This document shows positions 10,309 through 23,100 of a DNA stretch of 64,000 nt, piece by piece (the stretch's first letter is position 1; every line of letters starts with the position of its first letter). Position numbers and translations under genes: made by a program. The DNA lies in contig CM068752.1 in NCBI GenBank assembly GCA_035084275.1, positions 8,246,001-8,310,000 on the forward strand, in the 5' to 3' direction. Under the pieces are notes generated by a model that ran no database searches, was not told the DNA's origin, and saw nothing but the letters and a program-made list of their open reading frames with translations. The DNA comes from Hydrolagus colliei (taxonomy: Eukaryota).

Positions 10309-13300
10309 CAGTGTGTTACAGCTGTTGATCTCACTGTGTGAGTGGAAGTTGAACACAAAATAGTAGAAGAATATCACACAGTCCTTGACACCTCCCAACT
10401 GAGAGATGGGATGTTTCTGGAGATCATAGAGGAGCTCCACACGGCAGCAGTCAATCTGCATTCATATATCACGCAAACCAATTCTCGAGTGAGAAATATG
10501 TTTATGGATTGATTGTGTAATATAACCTGTGTGTGCATCAGTTAGTGAATTTTTCATTTAATTGATTGACCTCAGGAACCAGATAGAAGAGCATAACCTA
10601 CAAACAGACACAGTCACTATACTTTACAGAAAATCCTGTAAAGCGCTTTGAGACATCCTCCCAATGTGAGATAAATTGACAGATGCAAAGATGTACATTG
10701 TTCAGATGTAAAATGGATTAAATTAGAAATAACATGAGGGTGAAAAGTTATTGTGGCCAGGAAACTCATTACACTTCTTCAAGAAACAAATGGAACTGGT
10801 TATGCTTTCCTAGCAAGTCGGATTATTATTAGTTTGCCATTGTTCTCAATTACATTACATGTAAGGACAGCCCAAGGTAGCTGCTGACTACCTGGTAAAC
10901 AATGCACATTGATACCAGGTATGAATCATCACCACTAAATGAGTTGCAGGATGACTCACGGTTTTATCCTGGTAAACTCTATAATATTACTACCAGAGGT
11001 GAAGGGAATACAATAAATTCATGACACACAGCCTTTGGTTACAAAATAGATTACTTTTATGAAAGCATTTATCACTGATGCATTTATCGCTGGTCTTGAT
11101 TAAGAAATGCTTTTTTAAAGGTCCAGTCTGCCTGTTCAGTTGGATTTGAAAGAGAATGGAAATAGATCCTCCTCATGTTGCTGAGCAACAATTCACACAG
11201 ATTTAAAAAAAATTAATGGCTGAACTTCATGGCTGTTTTCCAGGCATATCTCCTGGTTTCCGATACCATCACAGGGGTAGTGGAGGTCACAGGACATTTC
11301 TCATAGTGTTTCTAACAATCAGTGAATGTCTTAATGTGATCACAATACTTACACAAAGGCATCATGTCGAAGTTGGTGCACTGTGTGGTATTTGACACAA
11401 GTGGTCTCCAGAAGTCTCTAGTAACTGCATAAAATAAGCGGAGGATTGAAACCTGGCAGTATCCATTTCAAATCTGCGAAAATACAATGTATAAGTGGAA
11501 TTAACAGTCACTTGTACTTGCCAGTCTCACACTAGTGCCAAAATATCACTAAGCCAACTTTACAAAGCCCTACTTTATTTCATGTTTCAGTTGCAAGTGA
11601 GTATTTCACAGCACAAACTAGCTTAACTGATACCCAATTGCATCAAAGTGTGCTTGAGGGTGCGACATACAGCAGTGATGACGTTAGACATCTGGCAGGA
11701 TGACACTGGGACCTAAGGAGGAAGAAGAATTTCCTGTTCAGATAATGCAGTCCCTATGCATACATTTGAGCTCAAATCACATTAACAAGAATATAAACAG
11801 CCAATTGTCCTCTCTTCACTCTCATGGGCAGGGGTTAACCTTTTCCCAGGGAGGCTTTGAAAAAAAAGACATTAAACTTATATAATAATATAAATAATAA
11901 TAATCCTTACATTTATATAGTGCTTTCCATGTCTTATCGACATCTCAAAGAGCTATATAGGAAAATACTGCAAAATTAGGTAAAGCCTTGGTGATAAATC
12001 TTGAGGAAAATATAATAGGAGAAAGGAATATATACAGCCACAACTTGCAAAGGTGCGCATCTACATTCAGTTGACTATTTAACTCTGCTGCCTCAGAGAT
12101 AGGCCAAACCCATTACATTTAATGGAACTAATATTTCTAAATATCTTAAGTGTGTGTGTATGTCTGCGCGTGTGTGTGGCAGGATTGAATGCATTATCTC
12201 TTGGGAAGTAAGCGAGATCTCCCCTGGGGCAGAAGCGGCTCTGAGTAGTTTTGGGCAGTATTCAAAAGCACCGATAATGGTTAGAGCCCTAAAACATTGT
12301 ATTATTAAAAACATGAAATCTGTGGCTCCGTTTAAACCCATTGCTCGCTGGGGAAGGAGATTGTTTGCAGACGACATTTCTCGTAATTATGTATGTTTTA
12401 TTACTGGAAAGTAAGACATTTTTTGCGGTTTAAGAGAATATCCTAAAACTGTGCTGAAAATAATAAGAAACAGTGACTGTTGAACAAAAACAACGATTTG
12501 GGGTGAATTTTTAAAGATATATTGCCTTGCCGCAGCAAATACATTATTTAACACTTGCAATTTTCATCCTTATATTTCAGCAAATAACATTAATAATAAT
12601 CACATCAATAAACTTGTCAAAGACAAAGCAGCAGGATTTGATTGAAATAGGGTCAGGTTACAGACCTTTCACGATTAGTAAAATGGAGCGCTGCATCGCT
12701 GAATGTAAGAAACAGGAACAAAGTTGTTTACTTTAGTAAATACGTCTCAGAACAACTCTTTGATGTATTTTTCAACATAAACCCCTAGAAAGACTGTAGC
12801 TGCTCTCGCTAGTAACATGGTGGGAGGTTCTGTAAGGAAGCACGATGCAATGGTTGACCCCTGAAGAGCAAAACACAGACTCTGCACATCAGGGCTTCCC
12901 CCTGGAGGCAAAAGCCGATTTTAATAACTACACTGGAGCCTTTGAAACAGACTAGGTCTCTTTCATGTTTAATCCATTGCAAAGCGGACCAAACCTCAGT
13001 ATGAATGGAGTTTATTATGCGAAATTCTAACAGAAATTCAGTTGTTAAATATATCACTGAGATTTTTGGCTCTTTATAGACATACATGCAATCGGTCTCT
13101 TTCTCCCTTCCTTCCAACACCTACAAGCGGTCGAGAATTGACTCATTATACAGTAATATGGTTGCATTTTCTTTTGATATTTCACGAGAAAAAATGTTTG
13201 AGAACAGGATTGTAATAGAACTTTTATAAGTTTTATAAGATTACGCAAAAAAGTCGGACAACTGATATCAAAGGCCAAATTAATGACCCACAGAATTTTA

Positions 13301-14997
13301 ACACTGATGTAAGTTTATGAAACCCTCTTTAATGAGATGTGCAACAATAAATATTTTTGCTGCACTGCCGAGACTTAAAGCACAGGATGAATGTGCCTAG
13401 GACTAGAGCCCGGTTCCTTTGAAAATGTGATAAGATGGTTTTAGGAGCAATTTGATTTGCTGCAGCATAAATAAAAAGGTAGCAATCAATACCAACTATA
13501 ACATGGGACTTTCAGTCACTTACAGTTGGTTTGGGAAGTGCAAAGTGGCACTTGTGAGATTTCGACTGAGTCACAATGTTAGGGCTTTGCTCCGCATCTA
13601 ACCATTCCTCATCCTTCTGGGAGTGCTTGACACCAACACCGACAGGCTGAAATGGAACAGGGTTCCAGTTCCCACTACTAACATCCATCACCGTGAAAAG
13701 CATAAAATGTACCAATTTTGTATTAAAAATTTTAGAATTTATTACATTGCATTCAGTCATGGCATGAATAAAATATTTGTCTTGGGAGCTGTGGGCTGTG
13801 CAGAAATAATGCAGCTCATAGATTCAGCATACAAATAGCCCACAAACACTTTGATGCATAACTTTCTTATATGCCTGTGTTCTCTGTCAACTGTCTATTA
13901 CTTGCCAATCATCAGTATTGTAATTATGTTCACTGACATTTTCATTACATGTAGAGTATGGTCGCAACCCAAATTATTAAAGTCTGAGCGTCTGACAGGA
14001 GTATTCTGTAGAAAATTAATTTTTATTTTATTGCGTCTTATAGAAGCCCCATTCTGGAAAACAAACACACTTGAATAGGCATTTTCAAATGTCACTTTTT
14101 AAAGTAACAAGAAATTACAACAACAAAATTACATTTATATTGTGCCTTTCACATAGAAAGAATGTCCCAAGGTGCTGGTCAGCCAAGAAATTTGCAATTA
14201 CACCTTCAAATGCCAAGGTTTGATTGAGTGCCACATTGCTCAAGCTCAAAACCTAATGACTAGAATTTTGTGGTGGGTTTACCTTATCGGATAGATTTAT
14301 CTGCTGTGGGTTGAAAACAGCTGTATACTTGTTTAATCATGATCCTTTTCTGTCTTGGTTCATTTTAATAGCAGTTGTCGAAGTTTTCTATCCTGTTGCC
14401 TAGCAGAAGGTATTTGCATGAGCAAGAGTATATAATCAGGTTTATTTCTCATGTATGGAAAAATCTATAATTCACAAGCACTGCGGGCATGACAGAATTA
14501 TCACATCTCTTATGCAAGTAAAATAAATGAATACGTGAAGCTGCCAGTGCAATAATCTATTTATTATTAATACAGGCTACAGCAGGATGCTCATCAATAT
14601 GGCTCCTAACTGGTTACAAAGAGATGCTTGAGAATGGACCCGAGATAGATAAATACACTGTCTATATTTGCTGGTTCGCCACAGTGAATGACACTGAGGT
14701 CAATTGTGTGTAGAGGGAAACCTAACCACTACATGATAGCGTGTCGCAGTGTCACCATTGTTGAGGACCTACTCCAATTAAACACATATTATTTTATCAT
14801 TAAGTGTACAGAAGGAGGCCATTCATCTCATAGTGATTTTGCCAGCTCTCTAAAAGAGCTGCCAATTATTTACTTTCCCCCTTTAGTTTTTCACGAATGT
14901 TTTATGTATTTTCTTTGGCAATTATCTGCCCGATTCTCTTATCAACAAAACTGTTGTTCACCAACAAAATGCACAGTTACTACACCTTACACTATAA

Positions 14998-15245
14998 CAA
15001 TAATAATAGTAATAATAACCCTTGCATTTGACATAGCACCATATCACGTCTTTGAGACTCTCAAAGTGCTTCATGCAATATACTGTAAAGTGTATATTTT
15101 GTGGTCAAAACTATATCCAGTCAAGTGCTTTAAAACATTGTCCTGATGTAAAAAGGCTTCATATCAAACTTTATATCAAAAGATTATTACTTCAACAACA
15201 ACAACAAAATTACATTTATGGAGCGCCTTTCACATCAGAAGGATG
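14998..15245 (-). mobile_element. Deu-like SINE 3' fragment followed by an L2 tail fragment
   Basis: (AAT)n CCCTTGCATTTGACATAGC...CTCAAAGTGCTTCA; then (CAA)n AATTACATTTATGGAGCGCCTTTCAC. Confidence 0.62.
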
Positions 15246-16939
15246 CCAGAATTAAACATTCCCAGGTCAATCCATTCAAGTCGTAAAACTGGAAAACAGC
15301 TCTGATTGAAAAAAAACTATTGGGTTCACAGGCTGAATAAAAGTCTGTCCTGTTAAAACGATCCACAGTTGCTATCTCTTCCTGGAAGACATGTGATGGT
15401 GACATGACAACAGTTTCCAGGATTGAACATCTTATGACCTCATCTAAACCATTAGGGGATTCACAGGTAGTTTACGGGATTTAACCCTTAACCTGCTGAG
15501 AAAGAGATAATTGTACTGTAGAATTAATTCAACTAATTCTTTTAACTGGAGAATCAAGAGTTAACATCTAAATTCATCTCAGAGCTATGATCTTTGGAAT
15601 GTAATATGGGTTCCAATATCTCACTGACAGCTGAACTTTTGCAGTCCATATGTTGCCTTTTTGCACAATGATAGGAAAAGCAGATGAGAAGCTGACAGCC
15701 CTGCATGAGCCTGAGAGATGGGATGAATATAGCGCTTCTAAACAGGATTAACACTTAAGCGTTTTAACAAGACATTGTTCAAAACCGAGATTCTCTATTG
15801 CTATGGAGACAAAATGCTTCACAACAGAATAGTAAACAGTTATAATTTCATCATTTGAAGGTTAGTTTACTGGTGAGTTAATACAAATGTATTACAAATG
15901 TAATATTTGCAACCTGGATTCACCCAGAATTCGTTTTTTTAATATATCCTGCTGATAATGGGATGTGCATTGCACAAATTGGCAGGAGCCCTAGTCTGAC
16001 ACGATTGGAAGTAGATTGAGTTTGAAGCGGACTTTATCCCAGGTCTTATTTCCAGTTGATAGGGAAGCAGTTGCTCTTTGCACGTTGCACCGGATTGTGT
16101 CATAATGGTTCACAAATTACTGCTAGATTTGGTTGGATGTTTGAATCGCAGAGAAAATGAAACGAACACGCACCTCAAGTACAGACACATATCCAAGCCA
16201 ATGGATTTGCAATATACTGTTCTATCGCACGGTAATATTGCAATGGACAAGCACTGTTACAAAGGACATTGTGACAAATTGAAATGTTGTGTTCCTTATA
16301 GCAATCCAGTGAAGCTGTCTGGGTGAGGACAGGTGTTTATTGGCAGTGATGCTCTTGCAGTCAGACACTGTGCAGAAGCTCACTGTCTAGACAGACTTAT
16401 CAAGGTTACTTGACCGAGGTATCTGAAGGCTGCCAAGACTCACAGTACTGTCTGCTGGCAAAGGAAAGCATAAAATCAAAGATATTGTTGCAGAATTAAC
16501 TAGTGGATGCCGATAGAATCCTATTATCTCAATTTCAGACTTATGCGTTGCAGATAAAAGGAGAAAAACGTGACCGCTGGGAATCTGAAATAAAAAGAGA
16601 ACATTCTAGAGAATGCAGAGCACATCAATCAGCATCTGAAAGAGACAGACAGGTTAAGACTTCAGGTGATGTGATAACAAAGGGTCTCTCATTCCTCTTT
16701 CTCTTTCAGATACTGATCCAAAATTTCCCAAACCCGTTTCTGTTTTAAAATAAAGAGTCATGCTGTTTCTATCCGATAGGATTATGCTGTATAACTTCAG
16801 TTAAAATTTGCATTTTGTTGCTTTTTCTGTCGTGCTCTTTCTACGTTCATTTCTCTGAGGCTCAGGTAGAGGAGGATCAATCATTTGATCATTGATTACT
16901 TGTCTAGGTGTCTTCGTGAGGCTGAACCAATTTTTTTGT

Positions 16940-17097
16940 TAGCGCTAGCAAACACACAAAGACAGAGTGGTGAGAATGGAATTGCAATTTGCCCACAAAA
17001 TACACAGTCAATTCACTTTACATTATATTCTGTGAAGTACTTTGAAATGTTTTGATGATTTGATAAGACACTATATCATATGCAACTATCAGTATTA
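16940..17097 (+). mobile_element. Deu-like SINE 3' fragment
   Basis: GCCCACAAAATACACAGTCAATTCACTTTACATTATATTCTGTGAAGTACTTTGAAA...ATAAGACACTATATCATATGCAA. Confidence 0.65.
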
Positions 17098-19344
17098 CAT
17101 TTCTCAATGAAGCTTATATGGGGAGAAGAGTGGTTTGATTAAACGTTTGTGCTATTTGGATTTTGTAAGTGCAATTATTTTTTGGAACGTTATCGTGAAT
17201 TTCGGGAAAATGAAGCTTGTCAGGGTGAACCTTTATGCTTGTGTAAGCACCTTTCATCTACCATTTTCAACATGCACACAGCACTTGCCCATTTGCACTT
17301 TGTAGATCGGTGATTGAAATTAAACGTGACATTAAGGTAATTTTAATGTGAATCTGACTGGTGGCATATTTGATTTGAAGCAAATCTGAAATCCCAATTT
17401 GTTTGGCTCCTGGCGTATAATTTTTGTGAAAGTTTAGCATCAGAGGAAGATTTTTTTTGATTGACTTTATCTGCTGGGGAAGTGATTCCTTTGCTGGTGA
17501 ATCGATTGTCATTATGCTTTCAGATGTACAAGTGGTTGTTGTGTTGACAATCTATATGAAGAGCCTTGGTCAACAATGGGCTTCATTGTTCCTGGGTTAG
17601 TGGGAGAGTAAATTAGCCAACGTTCTGTTGATTACTACATCAGAACCCCTGATGGAAGGTGTATGTATTAGTGCATGTCCAGTGAGGAAAGAAAAGGGTT
17701 TGATTGAATGACCCTCTCCCCACTCCGTTTCCAGGAGCTTGCTGACACTCAGTGTCAATGCATAGCCATGAATAATGGGCAACTTGGATGAATTACTGTA
17801 GCATGCCACACGAAAAGCTGAAATGCATACAGATGAGTCAGAGAGAAATTTGAGGCAAATCGGATGAGAGAAAACAAATCGAAACAACAGGAGATTTTCA
17901 GATCCTGAAAAGTCCAGCTAAAGCAAGATGGAATTTATATTGCTTTTTTTTCCCTCCAATTTTGTGAAAATTTGACTTTGTGTTATATCATTTAGGACTT
18001 GCCGAGTTTCAGCAATACATCATATAGTTTCCTCATTACTTATGCAGTGTTACTGAGCACGTACTGAGTAAAATGGTGATAAACCATAAAGCTCACATTT
18101 ACCAGTGTTTTACATGGAAATATCACATAATGGTCCCAACTACCATTTACAAGCAGCTCCTTAATTATTAAAGACCAACATCTTTTAACAACAGATTTGA
18201 GATCTCTTTAAAGATGATTTAGTACAAAGAACATAGAAACTGCAAGTGTGTTCACTTTCTGTTTCTTTCTCCAATTTGCTGCCCCACACTCCATGGAAAA
18301 ACAATCTTCCCCAGATCTTAAGAAGCTTTTTAGCTACAGATACATTTTGTATCAAAAAGGCAGTTTACAAGCAGAGTTTGAGAAGCTTCCTATTGAAACT
18401 GACAGAAGCTAATGTTAAACAAAAGGTTTTATAGCAATCAATGAACAACATCATTGAAACCACAGATTTCAAATAAGAAAGTCAATTTCTGCTGCGACTA
18501 TTTTTTAAAGGTAACATTTTAATAATAATCCTTGCATTTGACATAGCGGCTCATCAAAGAATATACTGTAAAGTGTGTTTGATATAGTCTCACGCTTAGG
18601 AACAATTAAATTTTATGTAGTCATAATTCACCATGTCATATTCTACTAAAAAGTAAACATAATTTTTTCTTAACCATCCATTGGTGGACTGCAGTTTCTG
18701 CTGATTCTATGACTTGACCTGTATTAGCAAGAAAGATGCCACATACAATTTCATTCCGCCATATTATTTTATTCTTTGTAATTCGATTTAATGCAACTCA
18801 TTCAGAATTCATTGTACAATCACCACAATTAGACATAAAACTAATTAATATATTTCTCAAATGACTACTTTCAAATCCACAAACATTTTGTGCTTCCAGG
18901 CATGCTTCCAGTATTCCTGTAAGGGCAGTTATTTGTGCTAGCCTCAAATAAGATTGCACTGTTAATTTATCCACTGAACCAAAAGTAATTTCCATTTTTC
19001 TTTTATACATTTCTCTGAATCAAAGCTCACAATATTTAGAAAAGCAAGTTCATAAATATATTATCAAGAAACTGCATATTTTTAAAAGCAACTGAGAAAA
19101 TTAGGGATGAAAGAAATCTTTAGCCAGGCAGTCTTTGCTCTGATATGTAGCAATAACTCAGAAAGAAAATTTAAATTAATCTGATAATTGCAGATGATGT
19201 TTATGCTCACTAAATTTAGCAATTAAATTTACTGTATGGGGAGTTGGATATAATTATCTTTTTTTCTGACATTTAATTCATTTAAAGATTCCAAAAAGAT
19301 TTGGCAATCAAAAACCTGGAGTTTTTTTTAGTTCCTTCTGTTTA

Positions 19345-19495
19345 CATTATCTCTGTAACCCGGGTTTGAATTTACTCCAGACTGATGGGATACAGCAGTA
19401 AGGGTCTCAGTGAAATTAGTTCAGGTTATTTCAGAAAGCCTCAATGGACATAATAGTCATGTATAAAACTGTGAACTAATTTGGTACCAAAGAGG
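19345..19495 (+). mobile_element. Ancient tRNA-derived SINE remnant, possibly LF-SINE-like
   Basis: B-box-like GGGTTTGAAT, then GTGAAATTAGTT, CAATGGACA and ACTAATTTGGTAC; resemblance judged from memory, not aligned. Confidence 0.35.
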
Positions 19496-19861
19496 GTGAA
19501 TGCATCCATCGCACTTCAGGTCTTAAACAAAAATGCCTGTTGTGTTTGATAGGAATTCTAGAATTGTATTGCTGATATATTCTGTGATAAAGAACATGTC
19601 ACAATTTAAATTTCAGGCACGAAATTTTGCAACAGTCTTCCTCTATCCCTCTATCTTGCCCCCCACTCCTTCCACATCTCCAGGTCCCTGCTGAAAATCT
19701 TCCACTTCAACCGTTCCTATCGTCTCTTCTTCCCCCAAGCTCAGTGTCATACTTCATTACTGTCAATTGCTCTGGGACACTACCCTGCGTGAGGAGGCGC
19801 TATATTGTTATTGATGTCATGAACTGTAATAGTCTTGACTTTATTTCATTTCTTTTAATAG

Positions 19862-20139
19862 ATGCAGGATACATTGAAGCATCTCCGGATCTAGAAGATG
19901 GCATTCCTACTTGGGTTCCACGGTATGGATCACAGCAGGTTGAGCACCAGGAACCTGATGAGTATCAGCCCGGCATCTACATGGGAGGTAGTCCAGTCCG
20001 ATTGCCCGCTAAACAGGACCAAGTGGCTAAACTGGACGGGCAGCAATCTGCCTCGTCCACCAAGAAAAAGAAGAAACGCAGCAAACGAACGGAAAAGAGG
20101 GAGAGCAAAGTTACCATTGAGGAGCCACAGAATGAGTAA
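19862..20139 (+). CDS. Terminal constant exon of the upstream clustered-protocadherin subcluster (Pcdh-alpha-like cytoplasmic tail)
   Basis: Polypyrimidine tract and AG at 19860-19861; phase-1 start (G|AT). Reads DAGYIEASP...WVPRYG...EPDEY...GGSP...TKKKKKRSKRTEKRE...*, matching the Pcdh-alpha constant-region pattern EVSP/WTFKYG/PGSP/TKKKKK/EKKE. Earlier constant exons were not found in the window. Confidence 0.85.
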
Positions 20140-23100
20140 TGCAACGTGTAATGACAATCTGAGAACTATCAGTATCCAGATCAGGGCACTAGGATAGACA
20201 TAAGGGTTTTGCGAATTAAAATTAAAATCACTTTTTAAAAGAGGTATTGTACTTTCAATGCTTAACTGTTTTTCTTTGTTAAATTCCATTGACTCTGTAA
20301 GAGGGAATCTCTCATCAGGACTTGATGCCTGGATTAATCAATTCTCATCTCTTCTATATCCAACTGTAGCCAAATAAAGTCGATGGTAAGAACAAATGAA
20401 AAACAAAATTAACAAAATAGCTTCTTGCTAATACAAAACAGCAGTAGACTGACGTACAATTAAGGCAATGCCCTTGTGTGACAAACGTATTAGCAATTTT
20501 ATGCACCCTTAAGTGTCTTATCCAGGAACTGACCCACAGAACAGATTAATTGTACTATACATGTTTGAAGTGGAAAATTATGTATGATGTAAGTGAATAT
20601 TGATTAAATCTTGAAATAATAACAAGGGGATAACAATCAGAATTCATCTGAATGGAATGAAAACAAATGTACACAAAAATCTGAATCCTGCATTAAGCAG
20701 TAATTATTTCCAGTGCCAATCTAGATGCAGTTTACTCCACAGGAACCTAAATTAAATAGTTCTTGAACCAATGCATGTCATGCCAACCAAGCGGTTACAT
20801 TTACACAGCTTATCCATGTCTCAATTAACCTTGGCCTGGAAAGAATAAAAGCATGTGTTTGCCGCTTTTTCTCATGGTCTCCAAACAGCTGACTGTATAC
20901 CTGTTGAGCATGGATCGCCCAGTAAACTGTCTCCAGCTGCACTTTGTAGCAAAGTCAGGCTGGTTCTGTACTGCTTAATAGCCATATGAAATATATTGTG
21001 CTGTTCTCAAATCAGTAATCACAAAAAAGGTCAAAATTTGTTCAATTACCTGCGGCAAACTATGCATTTTTTTGTTACATTTGTACCAAAGGTGGCTTCC
21101 TTTCCCAATAATGTCTAATGTAATCTTTTTATGCTTTAGTCTATTTTCAGATGTATTCTGTTTTGCATGTATAAGTAAACGTGATCAGGACAATCTTTAC
21201 TATGTATGTGTTTATTGAGAACCAAACACTTCATCACTTGCGTTCTACAGTTTTAGAACATACTCCACACAAATAATGTGTACACATTTCTAACTAAAGT
21301 TTAGCTTCATTTATATTTTGTAGCAAGTTATTTGAGTGGTAATCCTTTTTCAATAATCATAATCTTTGCATTTGATAAACAACAACAACAACTTGGACTT
21401 ATATAGTGCCCTCCTCGCCGGAGACATTTCAAAGCACTTCACAGAATATATTTTAAAGTGGGCTGACTGCTTATTGTGAGTCTTTTACTGAAAGATTTTG
21501 AAACATTACTCCAAACATAACCATCATGAAGTCAAATAAAATCTAAACATTGCATTTGAGCCCATAGAATAAGTTAACATACATAATTGTCCCTGAAACA
21601 ATGGCACACACATTGGTTTGGCTTCTGTTGCAATGTTCTGGTAAAATAGCGATATAACATTAAACAACACTTACATCTGAAATAAAACAGACAGATCTGA
21701 ATATACTGGATCCAAATAATACTTCAATTTGATTGCTTCCTCTCTGTTAAGACCTAGAAATCAAATACATTGGAACTGGAGCAGCTATATTGTCTATCAA
21801 AAAGAACATAAAACAACAGAACAATTTGCACATCATGGGGACAAGGTGAAATAGTGCGTGAAAACGTTATCTTTTTCAAGACTTATAGACCATAGGTTCA
21901 ATCCAAGCTAGATGAAATGAGTGATTATTATCCCTCTCAAAGTGAGCACTAACATTTCTACATCAATCGATTATGAAAAGTCTCAGCCCAATTGCAATTT
22001 TAGACCCACAGCAAAATGTTATTAATTCGAGTATCAATTTGTATTGATTTGGCTTTTTCATCCAGAGTAAGCTAACATAGGAATACATGATGATGAACAT
22101 GAAATAAAGAAAGCCATCTTGCTCTGACAGGCAAAAAAATATTTATTTGACTGCTGCAAGGGCACGAGAAGAACTGAGTGGTTTGCAGTTAATTCCTGGA
22201 CTACAAAAGCCAAAAATCAGAAATATTCCACTCCCAAATTTTATCCTCGGTGCAAAATATCTATGAATATTTCTTAATGAGACAATTGAACTATGTTGTG
22301 GGTTCCTGGGCTGAACACCTACTGGACAGCTCACAATGTAAGATCACACGCAAAGATATATGGTGAGGCTTCAGAATGAGGTAGCATCTTTTGAAGCAGA
22401 GAATAGACAAGCCACTCTATGAGGATAAAGACTGGCACTTTTTACAGTTCAGAATGTTTGAACAGAAACATAGAATCATAATCATGTACTTTATGTTTAG
22501 TTTAAGAGATTTCTAAAAGCTAGGTAATTTGGATGCAGAATTATTAAATTGTACTTTCCGGACAGGTACACTCGATGTGTACACGATTAGATAGATTTAT
22601 TTTCGGAAATAATATTATGGGATAATACATTATATCATTTAGACTTTGGTCTTCTTTCATCTAGCAATCCCTCTATATGATTGTGTGAAGGATTCAGGAA
22701 GGGTTAGGTTCGAAAACTGAGTCTGTGACGAGGTCACACAAACTAAAATGGATTGTTCCTATCCATTCTCTGATTGGAATGGAATATTGTTTTGGCAAAT
22801 CTACCAGAACCTGTATCTATAAGACAAAGAATCTATTAATTTTATAATGTTATTCCACTTTTATTAAAATGATGCAACCCATCTGCAATCTACATCAGTT
22901 TGACTTGGACTGGGGCATGCAGAGTATTTTGGAGTGCACAGGCAACAAATTATTCTAATGAGTTGAGAGAGGTGAGATTTCAGATTATATCTAGAGGGAT
23001 GCATTGATATATCTGGAAAACAATATTCAACTTGACATGCTCAGAAACTTAATTTACTTGTTAATCTTACTTTCAATTGTAAACTAGTCATTTCTGGATT

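Noticed and set aside
19627-19861. N-terminal half of the 170-aa ORF
   Set aside because: Intronic decayed LINE-tail sequence upstream of the splice acceptor; only 19862 onward is exon
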